64,000 bases of DNA, taken from positions 62,001 to 126,000 of the IMG/VR virus record IMGVR_UViG_3300044633_000899; one strand, 5' to 3'. Position 1 is the stretch's first letter; every line of letters starts with the position of its first letter. Below, piece by piece: positions 38,424 through 47,955 of this stretch. Position numbers and translations under genes: made by a program. The notes under the pieces are model-generated. The model saw only the letters and a program-made list of their open reading frames with translations, was not told the origin of the DNA and made no database searches.

Positions 38424-39947
38424 ATGAACTTACAAAAATCCACAAGAATAATAAAAGAAGAATCTAAATTACCCATTAATATTTTGAGGAGGTTAGATTT
38501 ATCGGTTGGATTATTTGATAGGATGAAAAAAGCGGCATTAATTAAATCAATTGATGGACCATTTAACGTTCATAATGTTGCAAGATATGCCGCGGAAGAA
38601 ATTATACCTTGGCATGATGAGGATGGTAATGATTATGAGGATTTTGGTATTTGGGTTTACGATTTTAAAGATTTTTTAATTAACAAATATGGAGAACAGA
38701 CCAAAGAATATATAAACAAAGTATATCCTCAAGGTGGTTTTAAGAGTGATGGTTATGATTATATTTTCTTGAAACATTCCGATATAAATGGTGGAAGTGG
38801 ATTTAGTGAGAGTTATAATACTTGGGGTAATTTACTTTTAGGTCGTGGATGGCGGTTTCCATTGGATTGGTGGGAGATCAAAGCCGATTTGGATAAGATG
38901 GACGAGGGAAAAAAAATAATATTAAAACCAAACGACAAACATAATACTTATGGATATTATTTCTCAATTATAAAAAAGAATTCAAATGTACAAGAGACCA
39001 TCAAAAAAACATTAAGGGAAGAACTGGAATCAAAATGGAATATAGGAAACAAACACGGAAACAAATATAATTATCAACACGGGTTTTGTCATTACTTTGC
39101 ATATAATATTATTGGTAAATTAAAAAAATTATATCCAGATAGAAATATTAGATATTACTTAATACTGGCCGATGAGGTTTATGATTTTGACGAGGGGGAA
39201 GTGGAGCAATCATATCTTGTTCACGCTTATATAAAGATTGATGATTTATATTTAGATTCAAATGGGTTTGCAACAGAAGAAGAAATAAAACAGAGAACCC
39301 AGGGTTGGTATGATAGACAATTAAACCAATTACCAGAAGATTATAGGATAGATATTTGGCACGATGAATATAATAAAATACCAAAATATTATTTTAATAA
39401 CCAATTCTGTAATGTAGGTACAATAAAAAAAGATGTAGAAAAATTCTTATCACATCCAGAGGTAAAAGAACTATTACAAATTATTGATAATAATCAACAG
39501 ATAAAGGAGGGGTTACCAAACCGAACCAAAGAATTAATTTTAGATAAGATTAGGACAATGGGGTTTGACGATGCTGCAAGTATAGTTGGTGGAAAAGATA
39601 ACCTTTCAAAAATAACTGGGATAAATACGTATGAAGAATATCTTAACTTGTTTAATGATCTTACTATTTCAACCAGTCAAGAAAAACCATATATAACATT
39701 ATATAAGAATAACAAAGGTATAAATGTTTTCGTTAAGTATTATGAGGCTAAATCCAAAATGTCTTATATTTTTATTAATCACAACATACTTCAAAAACCA
39801 CTTAGTGAATATAACATACAAAAAAGTAGAGTATTAAGAAAATGGTTAAAAAATACTTATGATATAGAAGTTAAAAATACGGATTTTTTACAAGCATACT
39901 ACCCAGGTGAAGAAAATGCTGGGGGTTATTTAGAATATTTAACATAA
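38424..39947 (+). CDS. mosaic leader-linked polyprotein (RR domain, unknown domains, family-A domain)
   Basis: MNLQKSTRIIKEE; internal NVQETIKKTLREE; C-terminal LILDKIRTMGF..A..IVGG..FNDL..WLKNTY. Confidence 0.7.
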   Translation: MNLQKSTRIIKEESKLPINILRRLDLSVGLFDRMKKAALIKSIDGPFNVHNVARYAAEEIIPWHDEDGNDYEDFGIWVYDFKDFLINKYGEQTKEYINKVYPQGGFKSDGYDYIFLKHSDINGGSGFSESYNTWGNLLLGRGWRFPLDWWEIKADLDKMDEGKKIILKPNDKHNTYGYYFSIIKKNSNVQETIKKTLREELESKWNIGNKHGNKYNYQHGFCHYFAYNIIGKLKKLYPDRNIRYYLILADEVYDFDEGEVEQSYLVHAYIKIDDLYLDSNGFATEEEIKQRTQGWYDRQLNQLPEDYRIDIWHDEYNKIPKYYFNNQFCNVGTIKKDVEKFLSHPEVKELLQIIDNNQQIKEGLPNRTKELILDKIRTMGFDDAASIVGGKDNLSKITGINTYEEYLNLFNDLTISTSQEKPYITLYKNNKGINVFVKYYEAKSKMSYIFINHNILQKPLSEYNIQKSRVLRKWLKNTYDIEVKNTDFLQAYYPGEENAGGYLEYLT

Positions 39948-39949
39948 TA

Positions 39950-40456
39950 ATGAGAGAGAAACCAATTTTAACAAAAACAAATGTATTTTCCGATGATAGG
40001 GGAACGTTTTTTCCTTTAGACCTTAAAGAACCTAGGTGGATACAAAGTAACGTCAGTATAAGTAAAAAATGGACACTTAGAGGATTACACCACCAGATTG
40101 GTAACACAGCACAAAGTAAGTTGGTAACGGTGATTAAAGGGGAGATTTTGGACTTTATCGTTGATTTAAGAAAGGAAAGTTTCGGAGACGTGTTTTTCTT
40201 TAGGATGCAACCTGGGGATCAACTATACGTACCAAAAAGATTCGCACACGGATTCTTGGCACTTCAAGAAGATACAATTATCCAATACTTGGTGGATAAT
40301 GATTATTCACCAAAGACCGAAATGAGTTTTGACTGGAAATCAATACCAATGATTAAAGAATCAATATTAACTGAAGTTGGTGACAGTAATAATTTATATC
40401 TATCACCCAAAGATATGTTAGGTGAACCACTTGACAAAAAATGGATGGAAGAATAA
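39950..40456 (+). CDS. rmlC: dTDP-4-dehydrorhamnose 3,5-epimerase
   Basis: FSDDRG.F, Q.N.S.S....LRGLH.Q..Q.KLV.VI.G.I.D..VDLR, HGFL, Y.VDN.Y. Confidence 0.9.
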   Translation: MREKPILTKTNVFSDDRGTFFPLDLKEPRWIQSNVSISKKWTLRGLHHQIGNTAQSKLVTVIKGEILDFIVDLRKESFGDVFFFRMQPGDQLYVPKRFAHGFLALQEDTIIQYLVDNDYSPKTEMSFDWKSIPMIKESILTEVGDSNNLYLSPKDMLGEPLDKKWMEE

Positions 40457-40554
40457 ATATATTCAATGTGATCTCAACTTGTTCACCTCATAGTCCTACA
40501 CTTCGTTTCGGAATTCGCCTCACAAATTTACATCACATTGATATTTATTAGTAT

Positions 40555-40878
40555 ATGGAATACAAAGATAAAATAAGAGTAAGGAAATACAAAGATATAA
40601 TAAGAAGATACGATTTATCAAAGATTGACTATCAGTTTAAATTATTTTGTAGAAAATACTCACCTTGTCATTTTATTGATGAAGGATATAACTATTACTT
40701 CAAAGAAATGAAAAGAATGACTATCGGTACTATAATAACTAATATGTTATTCCAAGATTTAATAAGTGACGATGGAGATATAGCATCTAAAATGAAATTA
40801 TTAATAGATTATTATATTACTGAAGAATTATCAGAATATTGTGAAAGTTATTTTGATATAACGACAGAAAAATGTTAA
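40555..40878 (+). CDS. RR-family protein
   Basis: IIRRYDLSKID..MLFQDLISD; tandem paralog of the next gene. Confidence 0.65.
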   Translation: MEYKDKIRVRKYKDIIRRYDLSKIDYQFKLFCRKYSPCHFIDEGYNYYFKEMKRMTIGTIITNMLFQDLISDDGDIASKMKLLIDYYITEELSEYCESYFDITTEKC

Positions 40879-40906
40879 ATCCAACAACATTGATATTTAT
40901 TAACAT

Positions 40907-41194
40907 ATGAAATACTTACCATTAATAAGAAGAATTGATTTATCAACAATTGATCGTATTTTTAAAGACCTTTGTCGTAGATACTTTGTGTGTGGTGATA
41001 CATATGAGGATTTTACTAAAGACATTGTAAGAATGACAGGTAATAGAATATTACAAACTATGATATTCCAAGATTTAATAAGTGATAATGAAGAACAATT
41101 ATCTAAATTAAGACCAGAAATAGAATTCTATATTAAAGAAGAACTAGAAGATTATTTTAATGAATTTTGGGAAACAAGTAATAAGGATTGTTAA
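40907..41194 (+). CDS. RR-family protein
   Basis: LIRRIDLSTID..MIFQDLISD. Confidence 0.65.
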   Translation: MKYLPLIRRIDLSTIDRIFKDLCRRYFVCGDTYEDFTKDIVRMTGNRILQTMIFQDLISDNEEQLSKLRPEIEFYIKEELEDYFNEFWETSNKDC

Positions 41195-42400
41195 CCCCCC
41201 AATCTTACTACCAGTCTTATACCATTTAACACTACCACATAACACTACCATTTAATAAGCCAGTTATGGTACACATTTAAGTAACACGTTATTGTATAAT
41301 GATGAGGTGTTTTAAATTATATTCATTTAGATATAATTGATTATAAATGAGATGAATTATATGGTAAAACATATATGGTATTATATTAAGTTAATTTGTG
41401 ATGGGGATTACTAAATATATCACCATAGTTAGGTTTCACCTGGTTTAATTGATATAAATTATAATCCCACATTCTACCACTGACTTTACTATGTGTTCAT
41501 TATTGTGTATCATTTAAGGGTCAAAAGGTTAAAGGAAACCCCTTACGGGTCGTTGAAGAAATGATGATAAAGTGAACTACTAACAACATAAATGTCTTCT
41601 CGGGCCTCTGAAACCTAATTGTACATTTTTAGCGGGGAAATAGGTATAGTAATAAAAAGTGGTCATACAACACTCACAGAGGGGGTTATATTGGTCACAA
41701 GGTATCAGGAAGGACAATTTTGTATTACTGGTGTGGGAGAAAGTGGGAATGAATTGTGGTAAAAAGTGGGAGATATTACGGTGGGGGGGATTGTGTAGTC
41801 CTTAACGATCACCTGACATTTTGACATTTTCAAGTAAATTGATAAAAAGTTATTAACAAAAAATGATTATATGGAATCTGTATTAGACATTTTCAACCCC
41901 CAACTTACCAGATCTGGTAGTACTATAAGTGTGACATATTGTCACGGTGAGTATAGTGGAGTTTGTATTTACGAGGAGAGGATCCTTAGGGGACCAAAGT
42001 TAACACAAAATATTGTTATTTTGGTAAGTTGTGAGATGGGTGATGTTATTGAGTGGTTGTACCGAGAGGGTAAGATTTTTGGTTCTGGAGATATGGAATG
42101 GGTTAATCGTGAGATTCGGGATCATTCTTTGAGTTTGGTTGATTGTCATCGGACATCATCCAGATAAATGTGTAGACTAAAATAAAAGATATAATAAAAT
42201 CGTACATTATATGTTTTTTTATAAATATGTGTATATTTATAAAAGAGTTCATTTCCCCCACGTTGGGGATTGGTTGTCCAAAGTCCTGGTGACTTGTAAA
42301 GTTCAAGATGAATTTAACAACTTTAAAATATATCTTCACAACGGTGAGGGAAATGTGTTTATCTCCTTGATTTAATTATCTTGGGGGTTTTCTTGTGGAA
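41195..42400. other. long, mostly non-coding region with abrupt C-rich/G-rich switches and repeated motifs (candidate ori/pac region)
   Basis: GTGG(T/G)A(G/A)AA(T/A)GTGGGA-like motif at 41465-41480 (inverted), 41733-41748 and 41756-41771; TGACATTTTGACA at 41814. Confidence 0.4.
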
Positions 42401-42408
42401 TGATAATT

Positions 42409-42795
42409 TTATTCGTATGTTATTTCCACAACGACCCCATCATTATCAATCACATCAAATAAATGTGTCTTCTTCTTTTTGATGGGGATAAACAAGATAT
42501 CATATTTACCTTTAAATCTTACTATAACACCAATGTTTACCATACCTTTTGTTTCAGATTTAAATGAATCAAAGACTACCGGATTGTTCCCCCAATAAAT
42601 AACCATAGATGTTGTGTCAACCCCATTGGCGTCAATTACGGAACGATACCTTGTGATGGCCTCTTGTTCTGTATTAACTGTGGTTGAGAAAGAACCATCA
42701 TCAAACACATCAAATCCTGACATTCCCATTAATTGACCAAACGATGTTATGCTAATCATTAACATTAATCCAAACACTACTACCTTACTTTTCAT
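42409..42795 (-). CDS. secreted protein (Sec signal peptide, Gln at +1)
   Basis: MKSKVVVFGLMLMISITSFG|Q. Confidence 0.6.
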   Translation of the reverse strand: MKSKVVVFGLMLMISITSFGQLMGMSGFDVFDDGSFSTTVNTEQEAITRYRSVIDANGVDTTSMVIYWGNNPVVFDSFKSETKGMVNIGVIVRFKGKYDILFIPIKKKKTHLFDVIDNDGVVVEITYE

Positions 42796-42846
42796 ATGTA
42801 TAATTTAAATGATCCCCACGTTATTGGTTGGGGGATAAAACCATTG

Positions 42847-42918
42847 TAGTCCCACCGGGAATCGAACCCGACTTTCCAGGATGAAAACCTGACGACCTAA
42901 CCGATAGTCGATGGGACC
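42847..42918 (-). tRNA. trnE: tRNA-Glu (TTC), no encoded CCA
   Basis: Full cloverleaf: GGTCCCA/TGGGACT acceptor, TCAGG-TTTTCAT-CCTGG anticodon arm, GGTTCGATTCC T-arm. Confidence 0.92.
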
Positions 42919-42993
42919 ATAATAAAAGAGTCAATGTACAGTATCTACAATTTCCTTTTCATACATTTGTTATGCGAAACTTTCACTCTTCAT

Positions 42994-43101
42994 TAGTCAG
43001 GACAGGATTCAAACCTGTATGTTAATACCAAAGCTCCACGATATTAACCATTACTTTATAGGAACTTTCTAATGTGCGTCTACCAATTCCGCCACCTGAC
43101 T
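42994..43101 (-). ncRNA. tRNA-like RNA (Leu/Ser-type body, non-canonical anticodon arm, long extra arm)
   Basis: AGTCAGG/CCTGACT acceptor, GGCGGAATTGGTAGACGC D-arm, ACAGG-TTTGAAT-CCTGT T-arm; 108 nt. Confidence 0.7.
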
Positions 43102-43108
43102 ATATTAA

Positions 43109-43252
43109 CTACCTATTGTAATCAATTAAAAAGACCCCCACAATAACCGACATAATCCCCAACCCAATAATACCATTGACAAATAACAAGGGGGAAACAA
43201 TACCAACCAAACCAAAACCAATGATATCAATTACCAAATTATTTCTTCTCAT
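43109..43252 (-). CDS. small two-TM protein
   Basis: Hydrophobic; probable start MRRNNL. Confidence 0.45.
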   Translation of the reverse strand: MRRNNLVIDIIGFGLVGIVSPLLFVNGIIGLGIMSVIVGVFLIDYNR

Positions 43253-43323
43253 ATATAAAACTTTCAACAAAGATATATAAAATATTTGATTTACCAAAGA
43301 TATTTATAAATAAATTATTAATA

Positions 43324-43794
43324 ATGGAAAAATCAAAGTTAGAAACACTACCAGACAAACAATTAATACAATACCTAAAGTATCTACTAAAGATAATAAG
43401 TGATGATTACATACTACCCACATTAAATAGTTTCTATACATTGTTTGATGACCACGAACTATACGGTAAAGCCAAAGCCCCAATTGGGGGATCCTTATCC
43501 AGGTTGGATATTGAATACATATACTGGATACTAAAACATAATGACATTGATGAGACCAATGAACTAACAAGACCAAACATAGTAATGAAAGAAGTAACTC
43601 ACATTGAAGAATATAATGCAATACACACAATGCAAAGATCAACTTCATTACCAACATACGTAAACAAAGATATGACACCCCAATACTTAAACAACCTGGC
43701 ATTTAACGATGACATTGATGTATTCCAGTGGGATGATATAACAACCAACGTAAGTGATGACTTTGATCTTATACAAAATTACTTCATAGTATAA
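43324..43794 (+). CDS. hypothetical protein
   Basis: 156-aa ORF after TATTTAT. Confidence 0.6.
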   Translation: MEKSKLETLPDKQLIQYLKYLLKIISDDYILPTLNSFYTLFDDHELYGKAKAPIGGSLSRLDIEYIYWILKHNDIDETNELTRPNIVMKEVTHIEEYNAIHTMQRSTSLPTYVNKDMTPQYLNNLAFNDDIDVFQWDDITTNVSDDFDLIQNYFIV

Positions 43795-43996
43795 TTAATA
43801 CCTATACCCCCTTATCTCATTATGATCCCCCTGGAATGGGGGTGTATGACAATATGACCCCCCCGCCCCTCCCGTATCCCCCCCATATATGACATTTTGA
43901 CACCCAAAAAGGGGGCTCAGAGGTAAAGATAACATATTCGTAAAAAATTTTCTGGGAAAAATTTCCCAATTTTTGGGAGTATGATTTTTGTTTTTA

Positions 43997-44497
43997 TTAT
44001 AAGTTATTTCTTTTTTGGTTTATTTTATCATACTTTTCTTGTATACGTAAATCATTTTGACTAAGTGTCCTTTTTAGTTTATTGATTCTAGATTTTATTT
44101 TTTCTTCTTTTGATTTGGGGGGTGTTTTTTGTTTATACCCTACTGATTTTATTTTTGTGGTTCTATGTACTTCAGTATGACAATTCACACAGAGGGTAAT
44201 TAAATCCGAATTTCTATATTCCCAAGGTGGAACACCCCCAACTTTATATATTAAATGGTGTACTTGTAGGTTATGTTTTAACCCGCAATGTTGACAAGTG
44301 TGGTTATCTCTTTTAAGAATTATAAGACGTTTACGTTTCCATCTATCATCTAATAGTAGTTCGGCATATTGTTGTTTTCTATTCACATTCAAAGAATAGA
44401 AAATAATTTTAACATAAAAAAGTATTTTCCAGAAACACGACCGTATATTTAAGGTTAAGTCAAAATCTAAAAAAAATTTTCTGGGAAAAATTGACAT
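43997..44497 (-). CDS. HNH endonuclease (true start probably downstream of the annotated one)
   Basis: RW..KR..IL.RDNHTCQHCG...LQVHH..LITLCVNCH. Confidence 0.82.
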   Translation of the reverse strand: MSIFPRKFFLDFDLTLNIRSCFWKILFYVKIIFYSLNVNRKQQYAELLLDDRWKRKRLIILKRDNHTCQHCGLKHNLQVHHLIYKVGGVPPWEYRNSDLITLCVNCHTEVHRTTKIKSVGYKQKTPPKSKEEKIKSRINKLKRTLSQNDLRIQEKYDKINQKRNNL

Positions 44498-44536
44498 TAA
44501 TTTTAAATAGTATTATCATTAAATAAAATTTTAATT

Positions 44537-45004
44537 ATGGAATACAGTGAAGATAAAATAAATGATGGTTGGCGGACAGTACACAATAAATTAGGAATGA
44601 CAATATATTGGGATATCCAGAGTCTAAAAAAAAGATTCAAAAATGAAGAACCATTAAAATTAAAAATGGAATCAATGACAGATTCACTTATTAATCGACT
44701 TATAAAAAACCCAAAGATTGATTATTTTAGTGAAGACTTTATGTCTTACTACAATACAGACCCAACATTCTACAAAAAACTTATTACTGACGAATATATT
44801 AGAGAATATGAAAATAAATTCCACTTATTATATGATTTCCATAATGAATTGGAAACCCATAAAAACAATATTGAAGTTATTTTGAAAAGAATCAAAACTA
44901 AAAAAGATAAAACAGAAGAAGATTACAAATATGTTGAGTTTTTAAAAGATTACATTTTAACAATAAAAGAAAAGTTTTCAGACAAAATAAATGACCTAGT
45001 TTAA
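44537..45004 (+). CDS. hypothetical protein
   Basis: TTGACA-N17-TATCAT promoter at about 44491-44519. Confidence 0.6.
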   Translation: MEYSEDKINDGWRTVHNKLGMTIYWDIQSLKKRFKNEEPLKLKMESMTDSLINRLIKNPKIDYFSEDFMSYYNTDPTFYKKLITDEYIREYENKFHLLYDFHNELETHKNNIEVILKRIKTKKDKTEEDYKYVEFLKDYILTIKEKFSDKINDLV

Positions 45005-45017
45005 AGTTAATTAACCC

Positions 45018-45047
45018 CCCCACCTCATCAAGTGGGGTTTTTTATTT
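45018..45047 (+). terminator. intrinsic terminator, repeated at 52452-52478
   Basis: CCCCAC-CTCATCAA-GTGGGG followed by T-tract; 27 nt identical to the 52452 copy. Confidence 0.7.
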
Positions 45048-45161
45048 CCCTATAAACACAACCCCCCCCTTTCTAGAATAACTCCAATTTCTAAAAAAAA
45101 ATTTTTGGTATATAAGCCCCACCTCATCAATAGATTTTCACATCAACATATATTTATTAAT

Positions 45162-45560
45162 ATGAAAATTATTATTACTGAAGACCAACATAACAAATTA
45201 AAAGATAATTTAATGAAACTTATTAATCGTTCCGAATTTAGTGTTGGGGTTAAAGCGGTTGGTGGTTTAAAGAACTTGATTAAAATTTTATATGATGGTG
45301 ATTATAATTCATTTGTTAAATATGTGTCTGATGATTTAATTTACAACACACATAAAGTTAGACATCATTATTTTTTATTTGATTGTAACATCTCTATCTT
45401 TTTAGATCATTCAGAGAGATATAACCCTGTTTTTAGTTTTAGACCTAGTTGTTTTAATAGTGTTATGCGGGAGAAATATGGTGTGGACGATAAATATATT
45501 TCTTCCATATGGAAACAATATTCAAACTATGTTATTAATAGGTATTTAAAAGAGAATTAA
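45162..45560 (+). CDS. leader + family-A-like module
   Basis: MKIIITEDQHNKL; LI....F..GVKAVGGLKNL. Confidence 0.65.
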   Translation: MKIIITEDQHNKLKDNLMKLINRSEFSVGVKAVGGLKNLIKILYDGDYNSFVKYVSDDLIYNTHKVRHHYFLFDCNISIFLDHSERYNPVFSFRPSCFNSVMREKYGVDDKYISSIWKQYSNYVINRYLKEN

Positions 45561-45679
45561 TTTTTATTTCCCTATAAACACGACCCCCTCTTTTTATAAG
45601 GGTCAATTCCTCAAAAAAAATTTTTGATATTTTTTGGTTAAAATTTGATATTTTAATTTTTTATAATTACATTTACATT

Positions 45680-46615
45680 ATGAATAAAATAATGTCTGTA
45701 AGAATTATTATTAATATGCGTGACTTAAAACGTATAAAAGGTTCATTCAAGAAAAACTTTAACAATATTAATCTGTCTTTAGATATTTTAAAAGGTTTGC
45801 CATTTTTAGAGGAAGATACTAAAAATCGTATAGAGAATGGATTATTACCACAACCAGGTAAAATCTTTGAAACTATGGTAACCCAACAAATTGCAAACAT
45901 ATTAGAATGTAAATATGTTGGTAATGGTTGGTATCGTGGTGAGGATTATTCTCTATATCAAGATGGTGGATCAAATAAATCCGACTTAACCATATATAAT
46001 CATCTAAATGGTATATCATATAGAATAGAGATAAAGGAAAGTTTGTCATATGTAAAAACTTGTGGGTTCACCTATGACGATGATGGGGGCATACTTGAAT
46101 GTACCTCAAGAGATTTGGTTTTCAATAACTATGTTAAGTCTTTATTTAATGGTGGTGTTTTGTCTGACTATAACATATTGGATAATTTGGGTGTTAATAA
46201 GAGATATGAACTTAATGTTGGTATTGATAACATTACAACAACCAGATTTGATTACATTATATCACACAACGGTGACGGTGTATTAAATGTTATGACGATT
46301 GATGAGTATAATAGTAACCATTCATTTTTAATTGAAGTTAGAAGTTGTAGTAGAAACACCAAAAAAGTATTTACCCCAAATAAATTGGATATTATTGATG
46401 ATTTCTTATATTTGAATGTTGACGAAGTTTCTGAGATGAAACAGAGGGGTGGTAACAAATCATCAAGATATAAATACATAACAAAAAACACCACATTTTC
46501 ATTTAAAAAAAATAATATTGAGATGTTGGGTAATAATAACTTTCGTATTCACATTGGTAATGTTAATCAACACGTTGGGGATGTGTCTATAATCCAAAAA
46601 CCGTTATTTGTGTAA
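45680..46615 (+). CDS. putative type II restriction endonuclease
   Basis: FE..V...KSDLTI-x11-IEIKE PD-(D/E)xK pattern; convergent with an MTase. Confidence 0.55.
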   Translation: MNKIMSVRIIINMRDLKRIKGSFKKNFNNINLSLDILKGLPFLEEDTKNRIENGLLPQPGKIFETMVTQQIANILECKYVGNGWYRGEDYSLYQDGGSNKSDLTIYNHLNGISYRIEIKESLSYVKTCGFTYDDDGGILECTSRDLVFNNYVKSLFNGGVLSDYNILDNLGVNKRYELNVGIDNITTTRFDYIISHNGDGVLNVMTIDEYNSNHSFLIEVRSCSRNTKKVFTPNKLDIIDDFLYLNVDEVSEMKQRGGNKSSRYKYITKNTTFSFKKNNIEMLGNNNFRIHIGNVNQHVGDVSIIQKPLFV

Positions 46616-47773
46616 CCACAATAAATCAACATCAATAAATAAATCATTTAATTTAGACACCAGTTCCATTGGGTGTTTAATATTCTCTTGTTTTTTTCCC
46701 GCGTTCATCTTATATACTTTATTGATATTTTCACTTTCCAGTATTTCTTGAATTAACGACATATCAACTGGTACGTCAATCCAGGGTAATGATAATAAAG
46801 TCTTTTTGGTTAACGTCATTGAACTGTCGGATGTTCTCCACCACCAATATAAGTATGTACTATTTAATAGAATTAATGCTTTGTGGTAAGTCTCAAAATC
46901 CTTTAAATATATTACAATTTGACCAGACCTATCTAATTTTTTTGTTGATGCTGAAATAAAATATCTTGGTGTACTTGTAATATACAAGGGATAATCTGTT
47001 ATTTCTGTTGTATATTTTGATAATGTATCATTATGTATATATTTTGTTGTGTTCGGAGATGTTTTATAAAAAATTTCTTTTGTAAATAAACCATCATCAA
47101 GTTTATCATCAAGAGATAATATCATTTTATCCCTCTGGTTACTTTGCCATCTAATTTGTGTTGTTGTTTTTCTATTATTGTCTGTGTTATGAGCTATGAT
47201 TATTGATACCCTAACTGTTGCGTCATCAAAAATATGTCCTGGTATGTTATCAAAATGATATGTTGTTAGTGATGAATATGTTAATAAACCTTCTCGTGTT
47301 TTTTTAAAATCCCTACCATTTGAAAATGACATTGGGTTTATACTAATAAATCCCCTTGCTTTTTGAATCACCTCATCTAAAAAATATGCGTACATATCAT
47401 TGTCCATATATTTGAAATATGGGGGGTTCATTATTACGTAGTCATAATCAATTGTTAATGTTAAAAAATCCTCATTGTAACTACTTGGTACCACACCAAA
47501 CTTTTCCATAAAATTGTTTAATGCAATGGCTAACTGATATTCATCTTTCTCATTAATTATTAACCTATTTTTAATAAAATCAATCGGATCTTCTTGTATT
47601 GAGGCCAAAAGAATTGATAAAACACCCAAACCACAACAAGGATCAAACCATATTCCTTTACCATCATCAAACACTTTGGTTTTATTCACCATAAATAACG
47701 CAATATCTTCTGGTGTGTGAAAAATTCCCTCCTTCTTCTTCTTTTCTTGGTCGTACGGATTGATAAAATTCAT
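46604..47773 (-). CDS. N6-adenine/N4-cytosine DNA methyltransferase
   Basis: FHTPEDIA, FDPCCGLG (motif I), MNPPY (motif IV). Confidence 0.85.
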   Translation of the reverse strand: MNFINPYDQEKKKKEGIFHTPEDIALFMVNKTKVFDDGKGIWFDPCCGLGVLSILLASIQEDPIDFIKNRLIINEKDEYQLAIALNNFMEKFGVVPSSYNEDFLTLTIDYDYVIMNPPYFKYMDNDMYAYFLDEVIQKARGFISINPMSFSNGRDFKKTREGLLTYSSLTTYHFDNIPGHIFDDATVRVSIIIAHNTDNNRKTTTQIRWQSNQRDKMILSLDDKLDDGLFTKEIFYKTSPNTTKYIHNDTLSKYTTEITDYPLYITSTPRYFISASTKKLDRSGQIVIYLKDFETYHKALILLNSTYLYWWWRTSDSSMTLTKKTLLSLPWIDVPVDMSLIQEILESENINKVYKMNAGKKQENIKHPMELVSKLNDLFIDVDLLWLHK

Positions 47774-47955
47774 ATCATTAATAATACATCTTTTTTTCTA
47801 TTATGTAAACGTCTTGAACCATAGAACTTTGTTATCCCATTCTAAAACACGACGCCTTCTTTTTATAAATAGAAAATTCTAAAAAAAAAATTTTGATAAT
47901 TTTCTTGGAAAAACCGAAATTATTTATATCTTTGTTTATCATTAATCTAAAAACT

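Noticed and set aside
41871-42339. ORFs 41871-42167 (+) and 42103-42339 (-)
   Set aside because: Atypical G-rich or low-complexity composition inside the repeat-rich region and no motifs; coding status is unsupported.
43304-43702. 132-aa minus-strand ORF
   Set aside because: Antisense shadow of 43324-43794, which has a promoter motif and normal composition.
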